64,000 bases of DNA from Nitrospinota bacterium (GTDB taxonomy: Bacteria > Nitrospinota > Nitrospinia > Nitrospinales > JACRGP01): positions 1,666 to 65,665 of the forward strand of contig JACQQK010000109.1 in NCBI GenBank assembly GCA_016207065.1. The letters are read 5' to 3'. The translations under genes and the position numbers were made by a program. Positions 42,952 to 52,066 of this stretch are shown piece after piece. Under the pieces are notes generated by a model, which was given only the letters and a program-made list of their open reading frames with translations, ran no database searches and was not told the DNA's origin. Positions within the stretch are counted from its first letter, which is position 1. Every line of letters starts with the position of its first letter.

Positions 42952-44907
42952 ATGAAGACGTTGGTTTGGGTAGGCGATCTCAATGATCTGAAAGCTCTTC
43001 TTTTAGCGGAGAGTAAGGAAGGGCGTCCTCCCCCCGAGCCGCTTTATGTCGCCGGAGATCCCCTTGTCATCGAGGAACTTCTCCGGAACAATCTTTCCTG
43101 TAATGGAATAAACGCTTTTTTTTCCAGGGCGGAATTCATGGAGTGCGAGGAGTTGGCCCTGTCCTTGGCCCGGGAATGGTCGAAGGACGAAGACGGGTCG
43201 GACTTCACCCGGGTAAACGGGATCCCTCTCAGCCAGGCAATCATGCGGTTTGTTTATTACCATTTCGCCTATGCGCTGAGGGCCGTCCATGGCATTGCCA
43301 ATCTGCTCGAGAAAGAACGTCCCGGCCAGGTCCGCGCCGCGAAACAGAACGATTTGTCCGGCGGTTTTTACGGCATTCATGGCCGCGATCTCCGCAAGGA
43401 AATTCTCAAGCTCTTGCAACCCCGGTACGGGTACGAACTGATCTGGACCGAAAACGCGGAGTCCGTCGCAAACGTAGCGCCCGCCCCCATGGGCGGATTG
43501 ACCCGGCTGATCAAAACTCTGGTCATCCTTGGGGTGGACGGTTGTAAAACCGCTTTCCGCAAGGCCTTCGACCGCGGGGCTCCGGTAAACATATTGGTCC
43601 CCTCTGCCTCGGACATCGGTTACCTGCGCCCGGCGGTGGTGCGAAACGTCTTGCGGGCCGGCGAAAACGTAAATCTGAGCTACCTATTCAACGAATTGAA
43701 TTGTTACCTTCACCCGCGGCTGACGCATCGGTCTCTCGATAAATATAAAACTCCCGAAACCGGAAAAACGGTCCGCGAACTGGCCGGGGCGATTGCCGGA
43801 ATGAAGGAGAAAACCAGGAACCGTCTCGGCGATAAAAGATTTGTCTTTAGGGGGCTCCCTTTTTGGCCGATCGTGGAAAATTTTTTCAATGAGTTTTTCG
43901 ACGCCCTGGCGCCTCAATACATCGAATTCGCGGTCCTGGCGGAAGAGGCGGTCAAAGACGATGTCCATCTCGTCGTGATCACCACGAATACCATGCCCTA
44001 CCATATTCTGCTCACCTTGCTGGGTAAACGCCACCAGGTTCCCGTCCTCCACATCCCGCATGGGTTCAGCGACGGCATAATCAAGGACGGGAAGTTGATC
44101 CAGGGCGGGGAAAGGAATCTCCTCAACTTTCCATTCCTCTACGACTTGGAGGTCGTCGGCTTGAAATACAACGTTAATTTGCGCGTCAAGAAAGGCATCG
44201 ACCCTAAGAAGCTGATCCTGGCGGGAATCCCTCAGTATGAAGTTCAGCTGGACGATAAAAAAAGCAAACGGACCGCGGCCCGGAAAAAGCTCGGTTTGGA
44301 CCCCGGGGAAGAGGTCGTCGCCTTCGCGACGGAGCGGTCGGCGGACCGGATGATGAACTCGGCTTTGCTGGACGGTTTTGAAACAGTCCGCCTGTATAAG
44401 TCGCTCATAAGCGTCATGGAGCGGCGAGCCGGCTCCCGTCTGGTCTTCAAGTTCAGGGTCGGCGATGAATTGATCGCCTTGACCAGGGAATTGGCCGCAA
44501 AAAGCGGCGGCAAAAACGTTTTAGTCCTCGCCGAATCCCTGCAGGATTTGTTATGGGCGTCGGACGTGGTCATGATCATCAATTCAAGCGTCGGGGTGGA
44601 GGCTCTCTATTACGACGTTCCCGTGGTCCAGATCATGACGCCTTCGGGAATGCCGGCCATCCAGTTGGAAGCGGAGGGCGCGGCCATCGGACTTTACGAC
44701 CCGCAAAGTTTGCCCGCCATTCTTGACCGGTTAAGAAACGATCCGGAATATAGGGAAGCGCGGCTGACCGCTCAACGGGAATTCCTGGACAAAAACCTGA
44801 TTTCCCGAACGGGGGGCGCGAAACGAATGGGGAAAATAGTCGCCGAAATCGCCTTGGCGGGAAAAAATGGAAAACCAGCGGCCGATTTTTCCCGGGTTGC
44901 GCTTTAA
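42952..44907 (+). CDS. Large uncharacterised protein with GT-B-like C-terminal half (candidate surface-glycan transferase)
   Basis: 651 aa. The C-terminal ...EVVAFATERSADR...NVLVLAESLQDLLWASDVVMIINSSVGVEALYYDVPVVQI shows the same pattern as 38678..39778. Divergent from the cytidylyltransferase operon across an AT-rich spacer. Confidence 0.5.
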   Translation: MKTLVWVGDLNDLKALLLAESKEGRPPPEPLYVAGDPLVIEELLRNNLSCNGINAFFSRAEFMECEELALSLAREWSKDEDGSDFTRVNGIPLSQAIMRFVYYHFAYALRAVHGIANLLEKERPGQVRAAKQNDLSGGFYGIHGRDLRKEILKLLQPRYGYELIWTENAESVANVAPAPMGGLTRLIKTLVILGVDGCKTAFRKAFDRGAPVNILVPSASDIGYLRPAVVRNVLRAGENVNLSYLFNELNCYLHPRLTHRSLDKYKTPETGKTVRELAGAIAGMKEKTRNRLGDKRFVFRGLPFWPIVENFFNEFFDALAPQYIEFAVLAEEAVKDDVHLVVITTNTMPYHILLTLLGKRHQVPVLHIPHGFSDGIIKDGKLIQGGERNLLNFPFLYDLEVVGLKYNVNLRVKKGIDPKKLILAGIPQYEVQLDDKKSKRTAARKKLGLDPGEEVVAFATERSADRMMNSALLDGFETVRLYKSLISVMERRAGSRLVFKFRVGDELIALTRELAAKSGGKNVLVLAESLQDLLWASDVVMIINSSVGVEALYYDVPVVQIMTPSGMPAIQLEAEGAAIGLYDPQSLPAILDRLRNDPEYREARLTAQREFLDKNLISRTGGAKRMGKIVAEIALAGKNGKPAADFSRVAL

Positions 44908-44993
44908 AAAGACGGTTATTCGGCGCGTTCATTTGACGGGAAAAGCTTGAAATGCGAATCCCCCCGTCGGTTAAGCGGGGATGGGGCGTCCTT

Positions 44994-46559
44994 TCATCCG
45001 GCATTTCTCACAAAACGTCCGGCCCATCGGCCCAGAATTGGGTGGGTCCCTTCCATAAACCGCCGATACTCCTCGGGCAGAGGTTTTCGCCAAAGTAGCA
45101 GGGACAAGAAAACTCCTATAAAAACGAGAAGGCTCAACAACACGTGGACATGACCCATCGCCGACAGCGCCAGGGACGGCGCGACCGCCGCGAAAGACAA
45201 AAGAAAGCACTTGCCGGCGAAAAGAAAAATAGGGCGTACCCTGATAGCCTGGCAAATGCATAGGAATTGTCGAAACGCCATATAAAGCGTGGCCAATCCG
45301 GTGGCGCCAGCCGCCCCCATCTCTCCGTAAAACGGGATCAAGGCAATATCCAGGACGACGTTCAAAGCGCTGCCCTCGAGCGACGCCTTTAAAACGATGT
45401 CCCTTCTCTGAAGCACATACAAGGCGGACGACGAAAAACCGGACCCCAAAACCGCGCCAGCGGTCATGAAGACAAGATAAAACGACAAGACGTCGCCGCT
45501 TTTGACAAACTGTTCTCCATAGACAAAACCGATCAAGGGACGGGAATAAAACAGGGCGAAAATGTAAATGGGGATGGCGATAAAAAGGGTGAAACCGAGG
45601 ATCTGCCGCCAGGACTTGGACAGTCCCGCGGGACCCTCGCGCGAAAATGTCTCGGAAAATATCGACAGGGCCAGGGGACCGATGCCCGCCAGCACAAAGG
45701 TCAGCATGCCGGCGACGCCGGTCGCCAGGTGGTAATATCCGATGCGAACGGCGTCTACCTGGAAATAATTCATGAACGCCACGTCGCTTTGCGTCATCAG
45801 CCCAAAACTGAGAATCCCCACAAGATAAGATACGCCGGCCAATTTGCGCGCGTCTCCCCAGTCCGCGCGCAGGACGGTCCCGGCCAGGTAGGGTCTGGCC
45901 AGATAGCCGTAAACGGCGACGGTTGCGCCTACCGACAGGATATAGGCATACAATATGCCCTGGATACCCCGATCGAGAAAAATAAAAACCGACAAAAAAG
46001 CGAGGTTGAGCAAGGAACACAGCGTTTCCGCCATGGAGGTGATCTTGTACTTCAAACATGTCATGAACAGGGAGCTTAAAATGGAATTGACCGCGGTCAG
46101 GAAAAAGTAAAGCAGGACCGGCAGGCGGTAGACCAGCAGTTCCGGCATGCGAATCAATGCAAAGTAGTAGGGAAGCGCATAATATAGGACGAGACAGAAT
46201 GTCAGGGCGGAAACGACCCGCAACGACAAGATACGCCGGGCGGCGTAACGCGACTGGCCCAGACTGGGATCCGCGACCGCCAATTCCGGAAGTTTCTTGT
46301 TCAACGCCGTTTCCAGACCGAATGAGTTCAACAGACGGGCCAGCGCGGGGATGACCAGAATGGTCGCGTAAATTCCCAGACGCTCTTTTCCCAAATAGCG
46401 GGTGATCGAAATGGAAATACCGAACAATAAAACCTGGACGGACATTTTGCCGAAAATGTTCCAGGAAATGTTGGTTAGAAAACTCTGAAAGAAGGGCAAG
46501 GGAGGCGTCTTTTTTTGATAAAATCCGCTTATCGGACGGAGAAACCCTCTCCGGAACAA
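44994..46559 (-). CDS. MOP-superfamily polysaccharide flippase (Wzx-like)
   Basis: About 12-14 TM helices. The N-terminal ...NISWNIFGKMSVQVLLFGISISITRYLGKERLGIY is typical of Wzx. Apparent TTG start. Confidence 0.8.
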   Translation of the reverse strand: MFRRGFLRPISGFYQKKTPPLPFFQSFLTNISWNIFGKMSVQVLLFGISISITRYLGKERLGIYATILVIPALARLLNSFGLETALNKKLPELAVADPSLGQSRYAARRILSLRVVSALTFCLVLYYALPYYFALIRMPELLVYRLPVLLYFFLTAVNSILSSLFMTCLKYKITSMAETLCSLLNLAFLSVFIFLDRGIQGILYAYILSVGATVAVYGYLARPYLAGTVLRADWGDARKLAGVSYLVGILSFGLMTQSDVAFMNYFQVDAVRIGYYHLATGVAGMLTFVLAGIGPLALSIFSETFSREGPAGLSKSWRQILGFTLFIAIPIYIFALFYSRPLIGFVYGEQFVKSGDVLSFYLVFMTAGAVLGSGFSSSALYVLQRRDIVLKASLEGSALNVVLDIALIPFYGEMGAAGATGLATLYMAFRQFLCICQAIRVRPIFLFAGKCFLLSFAAVAPSLALSAMGHVHVLLSLLVFIGVFLSLLLWRKPLPEEYRRFMEGTHPILGRWAGRFVRNAG

Positions 46560-46709
46560 AAAGCGGGCCGCGGACCAGGAACGAAAACCGGTTTACGAAG
46601 GCCATTTTAGCTTAGCTGGGACAATGCTTCAAATTCAATTTGCCCGTGTGCAAGCGAATAAGATTAAAATGGGGAAAACGGGACCGCGATTCTTTAACAG
46701 GAGAACCTT

Positions 46710-47000
46710 ATGGCCGGCAGTTTTAACGTTTTAATCGTGACGGAATTCAACAACCTTGACGAAAAGTCAAAACGGGAAATTTTCGAAAGACTGCAAGAGC
46801 ATGGACTGGAGAAAATTCCCACCCTGGCCTCCTGCGAGGCTTGGGAAATCAAAGTGGAGGCAAAAGACGAGGTTGAAGCCAAGGACAAGGCAATACAAAC
46901 CGTCCATAACGTTTGCCGGACCTATCCCTTCGAACTCCGCATGGTGGCGCAATGCGGGACGGGGCAAATCCTGCGCCGGAAGAAAATATTCGAGCCGTAA
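46710..47000 (+). CDS. Hypothetical small protein (96 aa)
   Basis: AGGAG 7 nt upstream of the ATG. Balanced composition (MAGSFNVLIVTEFNNLDEKSKREIFERLQEHG...). No family recognised. Confidence 0.5.
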   Translation: MAGSFNVLIVTEFNNLDEKSKREIFERLQEHGLEKIPTLASCEAWEIKVEAKDEVEAKDKAIQTVHNVCRTYPFELRMVAQCGTGQILRRKKIFEP

Positions 47001-47086
47001 AGTCAAGGACCCCGCAAGTCCTGCCGTCGCTACAGGGCGCTGTTCCAGCGGGCGCTTCGCCTGCAACTTCGCCGCGCGGGAAGCCG

Positions 47087-47491
47087 TCAGACAGCGGAAC
47101 CCGTGAACCCGTCGGCGAGTTCGGCCCCAAACTCGTTGCAGACGAGAAGAATATGGTAGCCCTCCCCCGTCTTGACGGGCCCGCACAACTCGCCCTTCTT
47201 GATGGCCAGGGTCCTCATCCCCTTCCGGATGAATTCCTCCAGTTCCGCGTTTTTTAACGTGGGCGTGTATCCCGTGATCCGGGGGTCGTCGCAACTCAAC
47301 TCCAGCCAACCCAGGTTGCCGCCGTCCTCCTTTGACGGACACAGACTGTATTTGGGGGCGAGCTTCATCAACAGCTTGTTCTTGGCCGTCGCGCCCTTGA
47401 CTCCGTCGATCGTTTCCTTTAGAAGTTCCGCGACTTCCTTCTTCTCTACGACAATATGCCTGATTTGAATTCGATGTGAAAATCCTACCAT
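47087..47491 (-). CDS. Parvulin-type peptidyl-prolyl cis-trans isomerase (PpiC-like, no signal peptide)
   Basis: IQIRHIVV...LAPKYSLCPSKEDGGNLGWL...GELCGPVKTGEGYHILLV rotamase motifs. Confidence 0.85.
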   Translation of the reverse strand: MVGFSHRIQIRHIVVEKKEVAELLKETIDGVKGATAKNKLLMKLAPKYSLCPSKEDGGNLGWLELSCDDPRITGYTPTLKNAELEEFIRKGMRTLAIKKGELCGPVKTGEGYHILLVCNEFGAELADGFTGSAV

Positions 47492-47651
47492 TTCCTGGAC
47501 CTCGTCAGCGGCGCGGACGCCGCTCTTACTTCAGGGTTATCGAAAAATCTTGAACGTTGGACTGTCCTTATAATAGATTATCCCGTATCGATTTTCCACA
47601 CCGCTCCGTTTTTTTTGCGGCGGGGGGTGTTCATGCAAGACGCGGACGCGA

Positions 47652-48239
47652 ATGACGCTCGACAAAAACAGAAAACTGATACTGGCCTCCCAGTCCCCGC
47701 GGCGGGCCGAACTTTTGAAACGCATCGAGCGGGATTTCGACGTATTCCCCAGCTCGGTGGAGGAGGTCCTCGACCCGGACCGCTCGCCCATGGAAAACGC
47801 CGTGGACCTCGCCCGGGAGAAAGCCCGGCGGGTGGCGGACCGCTATCGCGGATGTTTCGTCGTCGGGGCGGACACCCTCGTGACGCTGGGAGGCAGAATT
47901 CTGGGCAAACCGTCCGACATGAACGACGCCCGCGGTATCCTGAGGTTCCTGAGCGGCAGGGAGCATCAAGTCGTCACCGGCGTCGCCGTCGTCAACGACC
48001 GCGGGGAGATCTTCGCCGACGCCGAGACCTCCGCCGTCAGCATCAAGCCGTTGACGGAGGACGAAATCGACCGCTATATCGACACCGGGGAACCCATGGA
48101 CAAGGCGGGGGCCTACGCCATTCAAGGCGCGGGCTCGTTCATGGTCGAATCGTACCGCGGCTCTTTCTCGAATATCGTGGGACTGCCCCTGGAAACCCTG
48201 GACAGACTGCTCAAGCTGTCCGGTTATTTTGCCGTCTGA
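47652..48239 (+). CDS. maf: Maf-like nucleoside triphosphate pyrophosphatase
   Basis: LILASQSPRRAELLK..., ...VVGADTLV..., ...DKAGAYAIQG... motifs. 195 aa. Confidence 0.9.
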   Translation: MTLDKNRKLILASQSPRRAELLKRIERDFDVFPSSVEEVLDPDRSPMENAVDLAREKARRVADRYRGCFVVGADTLVTLGGRILGKPSDMNDARGILRFLSGREHQVVTGVAVVNDRGEIFADAETSAVSIKPLTEDEIDRYIDTGEPMDKAGAYAIQGAGSFMVESYRGSFSNIVGLPLETLDRLLKLSGYFAV

Positions 48240-48353
48240 GCCCGGGAGCTGGAAAATAGAACTTGTTGATGGTTGATGTTTGCCGCTACAATTTGTTATA
48301 ACTACGAGGTCCGCCGATTCATTCAATTAGCTCCGTAGCCACTTACTGACTGG

Positions 48354-48584
48354 ATGCCGCAAGAGGAAAACCGATCGAACATGGAATTTCATGAAAATTG
48401 CAAACGATGCCAGGCCCCCGTATTTCTGAACCGGACCACGGATTGGTACGGAAACACGGTGACGACCCTCAACTGTTGGAACGGTCATTACAAGTGGGTC
48501 AAAGTCGACGACGTGGAGAGCGACATTAAAGTCGATCCCAAGGCCCACGTGGTCTCCAGCATCGGTTTTTTCGATATCGCATGA
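48354..48584 (+). CDS. Small Cys/His-containing protein (zinc-ribbon-like), translationally coupled to the downstream FGE-like gene
   Basis: CKRC...C..GH pattern. Its stop overlaps the next start (ATGA at 48581-48584). Alternative ATG at 48381. Confidence 0.5.
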   Translation: MPQEENRSNMEFHENCKRCQAPVFLNRTTDWYGNTVTTLNCWNGHYKWVKVDDVESDIKVDPKAHVVSSIGFFDIA

Positions 48585-49390
48585 AATGTCCGCCCGCCGC
48601 GACCCGTTTTAATCCCCTCCGGCTGTCCTTGGCGATTTTCATACTGCTTGCGGGCGTCTCATCCCCCGTTCACGCGGGCCCCGTCGTCCCTCCCCCAGGC
48701 ATGGCGTACGTCCCCGAAGGCTATTTTCAGATGGGGAGCGCCTCCGGAGCCGACGACGAAAAACCCGCGCACTATGTTTATACGTCCGCCTACTTCATCG
48801 ACAAATACGAGGTCAGCAATGCCCAGTATAAGGAATTCATGAAGGCCACGGGCCATCCCCCCCCCAAGTTCTGGGAGGACGAGCGCTTCAACCCGCCGGA
48901 TTTCCCGGCGGTGGGCGTCAGTTGGCACGACGCCATGGCCTATGCCCGCTGGAAAGGGCGCCGCCTGCCGACCGAGGCGGAATGGGAAAAAGCCGCCCGG
49001 GGAAAAGACGGACGCCTGTTCCCCTGGGGAAACCAATGGGACCCAGGCGCCCAGCCGTTCCTGGCGAACGTTTTCGGCAAAAAAGACCGCTATCCCTTGA
49101 CCGCGCCCGTCAAGTCCTTCGAGCCGGGGGCCAGCCCCTACGGGGTCTTGAATATGGCGGGAAACGTCGCGGAGTGGTGCCTCGACTGGTACGATCCGGA
49201 CTACTATCTCGCGAGCCCGGAAATCAATCCCGAAGGCCCCTCCGGCCCCCCCGCCCTGAACATGAAGGCCGTCCGCGGCGGTTCCTGGGTCAACGGGCCC
49301 GACAACGCGCGGACGTTCAAACGCTACCGCAACGACCCGAACGTAAAAAACAATGTGTACGGGTTCCGGACCGTCCTTCCCGCCCGATGA
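48581..49390 (+). CDS. Secreted formylglycine-generating-enzyme-family (SUMF1/FGE-sulfatase domain) protein
   Basis: Signal peptide. ...MAYVPEGYFQMGS...DEKPAHYVYTSAYFIDKYEVSNAQYKEFM...PAVGVSWHDAMAYARWKGRRLPTEAEWEKAARG...RGGSW... Confidence 0.88.
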   Translation: MKCPPAATRFNPLRLSLAIFILLAGVSSPVHAGPVVPPPGMAYVPEGYFQMGSASGADDEKPAHYVYTSAYFIDKYEVSNAQYKEFMKATGHPPPKFWEDERFNPPDFPAVGVSWHDAMAYARWKGRRLPTEAEWEKAARGKDGRLFPWGNQWDPGAQPFLANVFGKKDRYPLTAPVKSFEPGASPYGVLNMAGNVAEWCLDWYDPDYYLASPEINPEGPSGPPALNMKAVRGGSWVNGPDNARTFKRYRNDPNVKNNVYGFRTVLPAR

Positions 49391-50655
49391 AAGACCGGCC
49401 CGACTACCTCGCCATCCATTCCTGGGCCCTGTACGATTTCGCCAACACCATCTTCTCCATGAACGTCGTCTCCCTGTACTTCGCCCTGTGGGTGACGGTG
49501 GACAAGGGCGGCGAGGACATCCTGTACAGCTTCGCCCTTTCGGGCTCGATGCTGGCGGTCGCCGTAAGCGTGCCGGTCTTCGGCGCCCTGTCCGACCAGA
49601 CCCGCAGACGCGTCGGCCCCTTGACCGTCCTCACCCTGGTCGCGGTATTCTGCACCGGCGCCATCGGATTCGCGGACAACGTGTTCGCGGGGCTCGTCCT
49701 GTTCGCCTTCGCCAACTACGGGTATCAATCGTCGCTGGTGTTTTACAACGCCATGCTCCCCCACATCTCGCGGGGCGCCAGCCTGGGGATCGTCTCCGGC
49801 TATGGGGTGGCCCTGGGGTATCTGGGGTCCATCGCCGGACTGCTGATGGTGAAACCGTTCGTCAACCAGGCCGGCCGGCCGGCGGCCTTCCTCCCTACGG
49901 CGGCGATGTTCCTGGTCTTCTCCATCCCGTGTTTCGTCTTCGTCAAGGACCCGTCTCCGGATTACTCCCGGAAAATCCAGGTCGGGCAGGCTTTCCGGAC
50001 CTTGAAACAAACCGTCCTCGACGCCGGAAAGTACCGGAACCTGTTTCACTTCATCCTCATCCATTTCCTGGTCCTGGACGTGGTCAACACCGTGATCGCC
50101 TTCATGTCGGTTTACGCCAACAAGGTGATCGGTTTCAACGACTCCGAAATCTCCACGTTCCTGATCGTTTGCACCGCGGCGGCCATGGTCGGATCCTATC
50201 TCATCGGCTGGCTGGTGAAAAAGAAGGGGACCTTGTGGTCGTACTGGCTGGTGTTGTGGTTGTGGGCCGCGGCGCTGGCGTGCGCCGCGGCGAGCCCCGG
50301 CGAAACCATGTTCTGGGCGGTGGGGCCCCTGGCCGGGATGGGGATGGGAGGGGTATGGGTCGTCAGCAGACCCATCCTGGTGGAACTCGCCCCGCCGGAA
50401 AAAATCGGCGAATTTTTCGGCGCCTATGGCCTCGCCGGGAAGATGGCTTCCATCATCGGCCCCCTGTTGTTGGGGACCATCGTGCTCGTTTTGGAAAAAG
50501 AGCCGACGCTCAAATACCGGGCCGCCGTGTTCGCCCTTCTGGTCCTCGCCATGGTCGCCATTTTCCTGTTCCATGCGCTGGACCGCCGCTTGACCTTGGA
50601 GCGTTGCGCCCAGCGTGCCGCTGGATCCAGCGGGCTTGACTCGGACGGCGAATGA
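49387..50655 (+). CDS. MFS transporter, UMF1/Atg22-like family
   Basis: ATG overlaps the FGE stop (ATGA). ...HSWALYDFANTIFSMNVVSLYF... and 12 TM helices. The last ~15 codons and the stop lie inside a mosaic repeat. Confidence 0.85.
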   Translation: MKDRPDYLAIHSWALYDFANTIFSMNVVSLYFALWVTVDKGGEDILYSFALSGSMLAVAVSVPVFGALSDQTRRRVGPLTVLTLVAVFCTGAIGFADNVFAGLVLFAFANYGYQSSLVFYNAMLPHISRGASLGIVSGYGVALGYLGSIAGLLMVKPFVNQAGRPAAFLPTAAMFLVFSIPCFVFVKDPSPDYSRKIQVGQAFRTLKQTVLDAGKYRNLFHFILIHFLVLDVVNTVIAFMSVYANKVIGFNDSEISTFLIVCTAAAMVGSYLIGWLVKKKGTLWSYWLVLWLWAAALACAAASPGETMFWAVGPLAGMGMGGVWVVSRPILVELAPPEKIGEFFGAYGLAGKMASIIGPLLLGTIVLVLEKEPTLKYRAAVFALLVLAMVAIFLFHALDRRLTLERCAQRAAGSSGLDSDGE

Positions 50656-50770
50656 GCGTCATCGAGGGCAATCCGGGCCTGGCTGTTGCCGCCCCTGGCG
50701 AGTGGGCGGCTCGCGATGACAGGGCGGCGCCAGATCCAACGGCGCGTTGGCCGGTTCCCTCCGCCGCACA
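50609..50770. repeat. Mosaic repeat locus (modules CCAGCGTGCCGCTGGATCC, GACGGCGAATGAGCGTCATCGAGGGCAATCCGGGCCTGG, GGCGGCTCGCGATGAC)
   Basis: Aligns with 10625-10700 and with 4444-4460/31416-31430 in inverted sense. Overlaps the 3' end of the MFS gene. Confidence 0.8.
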
Positions 50771-50897
50771 ATTGAGTTGACATCGCTCCGGCGAACGTTT
50801 TATTTTAAAAAACCGGATGACTCCAATACCGTTCGTATAATATTCGTCTAGATATCTTCATATCTTCGTCTATTTTCTTTCCAGGAAAGGGAATCCC

Positions 50898-51914
50898 ATG
50901 TTTCTCTCCAAGGCGCTTCGGCATTTCGCCGTTTTTCTGGCCGTGTTGATTTTCGCGGCATTCAAGACCCCGGACGCGCTGGCGCACGGGGGACACAAGC
51001 ACGACGAGGCCGGACCGCGGATCTCTCTCCCCGACGTTCTCGCCAAGGCGGGAAACGCCGATATAAAAAAAGAAGCCATCTGGCGCGAACTGAAGGACAC
51101 CGTCGCCCTATACAACTCCAAGGGGACGCCCCTCACGCCGGAACAGGAAAAACAGACGGTCCAGAAGCTGGTCGACCAGGAGATCGGCCGGGTCCTCCTG
51201 CTGAAAAAAGCCGGGGACCTGTCCATTCAAGCGACCCCCGAGGCGGTCGAGAGCGCATTGCAGGCCGTCAAGGCCAAGTTCCCGTCCAACGAGGCGTTCG
51301 AGAAAAAACTGGCGCAAAGGAACCTGACCCTCGACCAATATAAAGAGAACCTGAGGATGGACTTGCTCCTCGAGCAAATCGTCCAGAAGGAAGTCGAACC
51401 CAGGGTCCGCGTGGACGACAAGGAGGTCCGGGAATATTACGAAAAAAATCTGGACTCGTTCAAGGTCCGGGAGACGGTCCGGGCCAGCGTCATTCTGATC
51501 AAAGTCAAGCCCGACGCGAGCGTGGAGCAGGAAAAACGCGCGCGCGAAAAGATCGATTTGATCCTGTCCCAGGTCAAGGAGGGATCGGACTTTTCCGACC
51601 TGGCCAAGAGGTTCTCGCAGGACAGCCTGGGGTCAAGGGGCGGAGACATCGGGTTCTTTCACGAGAAACAAATTCTCCCGGAATTCGGCGATCGGGCTTT
51701 CAAAATGAAGGTGGGCGAGGTGTCCGAGGTTTTTCGGACCGGTCACGGTTTCCACATCCTTAAAGTGACGGAACGCAAGCCCGCGAAGTCCGAATCCATC
51801 GGGGAAGCCGCGGAGAAAATAAAGGAAATCCTGAAAAGCGAAAAGATCAAAAAGGAAACCGAGCGGTACACCGAGACCCTGAGGAAAAACGCGGACATCA
51901 AACTGTATTTCTGA
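50898..51914 (+). CDS. Periplasmic SurA/PrsA-like chaperone with one parvulin PPIase domain
   Basis: Signal peptide, SurA-N-like helical region, and rotamase motifs ...FSDLAKRFSQDSLGSRGGDIGFF...GHGFHILKV. Confidence 0.85.
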   Translation: MFLSKALRHFAVFLAVLIFAAFKTPDALAHGGHKHDEAGPRISLPDVLAKAGNADIKKEAIWRELKDTVALYNSKGTPLTPEQEKQTVQKLVDQEIGRVLLLKKAGDLSIQATPEAVESALQAVKAKFPSNEAFEKKLAQRNLTLDQYKENLRMDLLLEQIVQKEVEPRVRVDDKEVREYYEKNLDSFKVRETVRASVILIKVKPDASVEQEKRAREKIDLILSQVKEGSDFSDLAKRFSQDSLGSRGGDIGFFHEKQILPEFGDRAFKMKVGEVSEVFRTGHGFHILKVTERKPAKSESIGEAAEKIKEILKSEKIKKETERYTETLRKNADIKLYF

Positions 51915-52020
51915 GACCGCGGAGTTGGACCGTTAATCGTTCGTGGCGCCCGAGCAAAAAGGCCGAATGGAGGGTTGAGTCATGGGAGCTGGGACAGTTT
52001 GTATCCTGGGTTTTTAAATC

Positions 52021-52060
52021 CCCCCAGCCCCCCCTTGTAAAGGGGGCCGGGGGGATTTCC
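52021..52060. repeat. Short GC hairpin repeat (copy of 835-865)
   Basis: CCCCCCTTGTAAAGGGGGCCGGGGGGATTTCC, between two convergent genes. Confidence 0.8.
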
Positions 52061-52066
52061 CATCTT

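Noticed and set aside
44971-46605. 544-aa minus-strand ORF overlapping the Wzx gene
   Set aside because: It is a different frame of the same strand. It is Arg/Gly/Pro-rich with no TM pattern, whereas 44994..46559 gives a clean 12-14-TM flippase.
48922-50639. N-terminal 155 aa of ORF 48922..50655, plus ORFs 49324..50574 (-) and 49353..50639 (+)
   Set aside because: They overlap the FGE-like gene or the MFS gene in other frames. The MFS start at 49387 overlaps the FGE stop.
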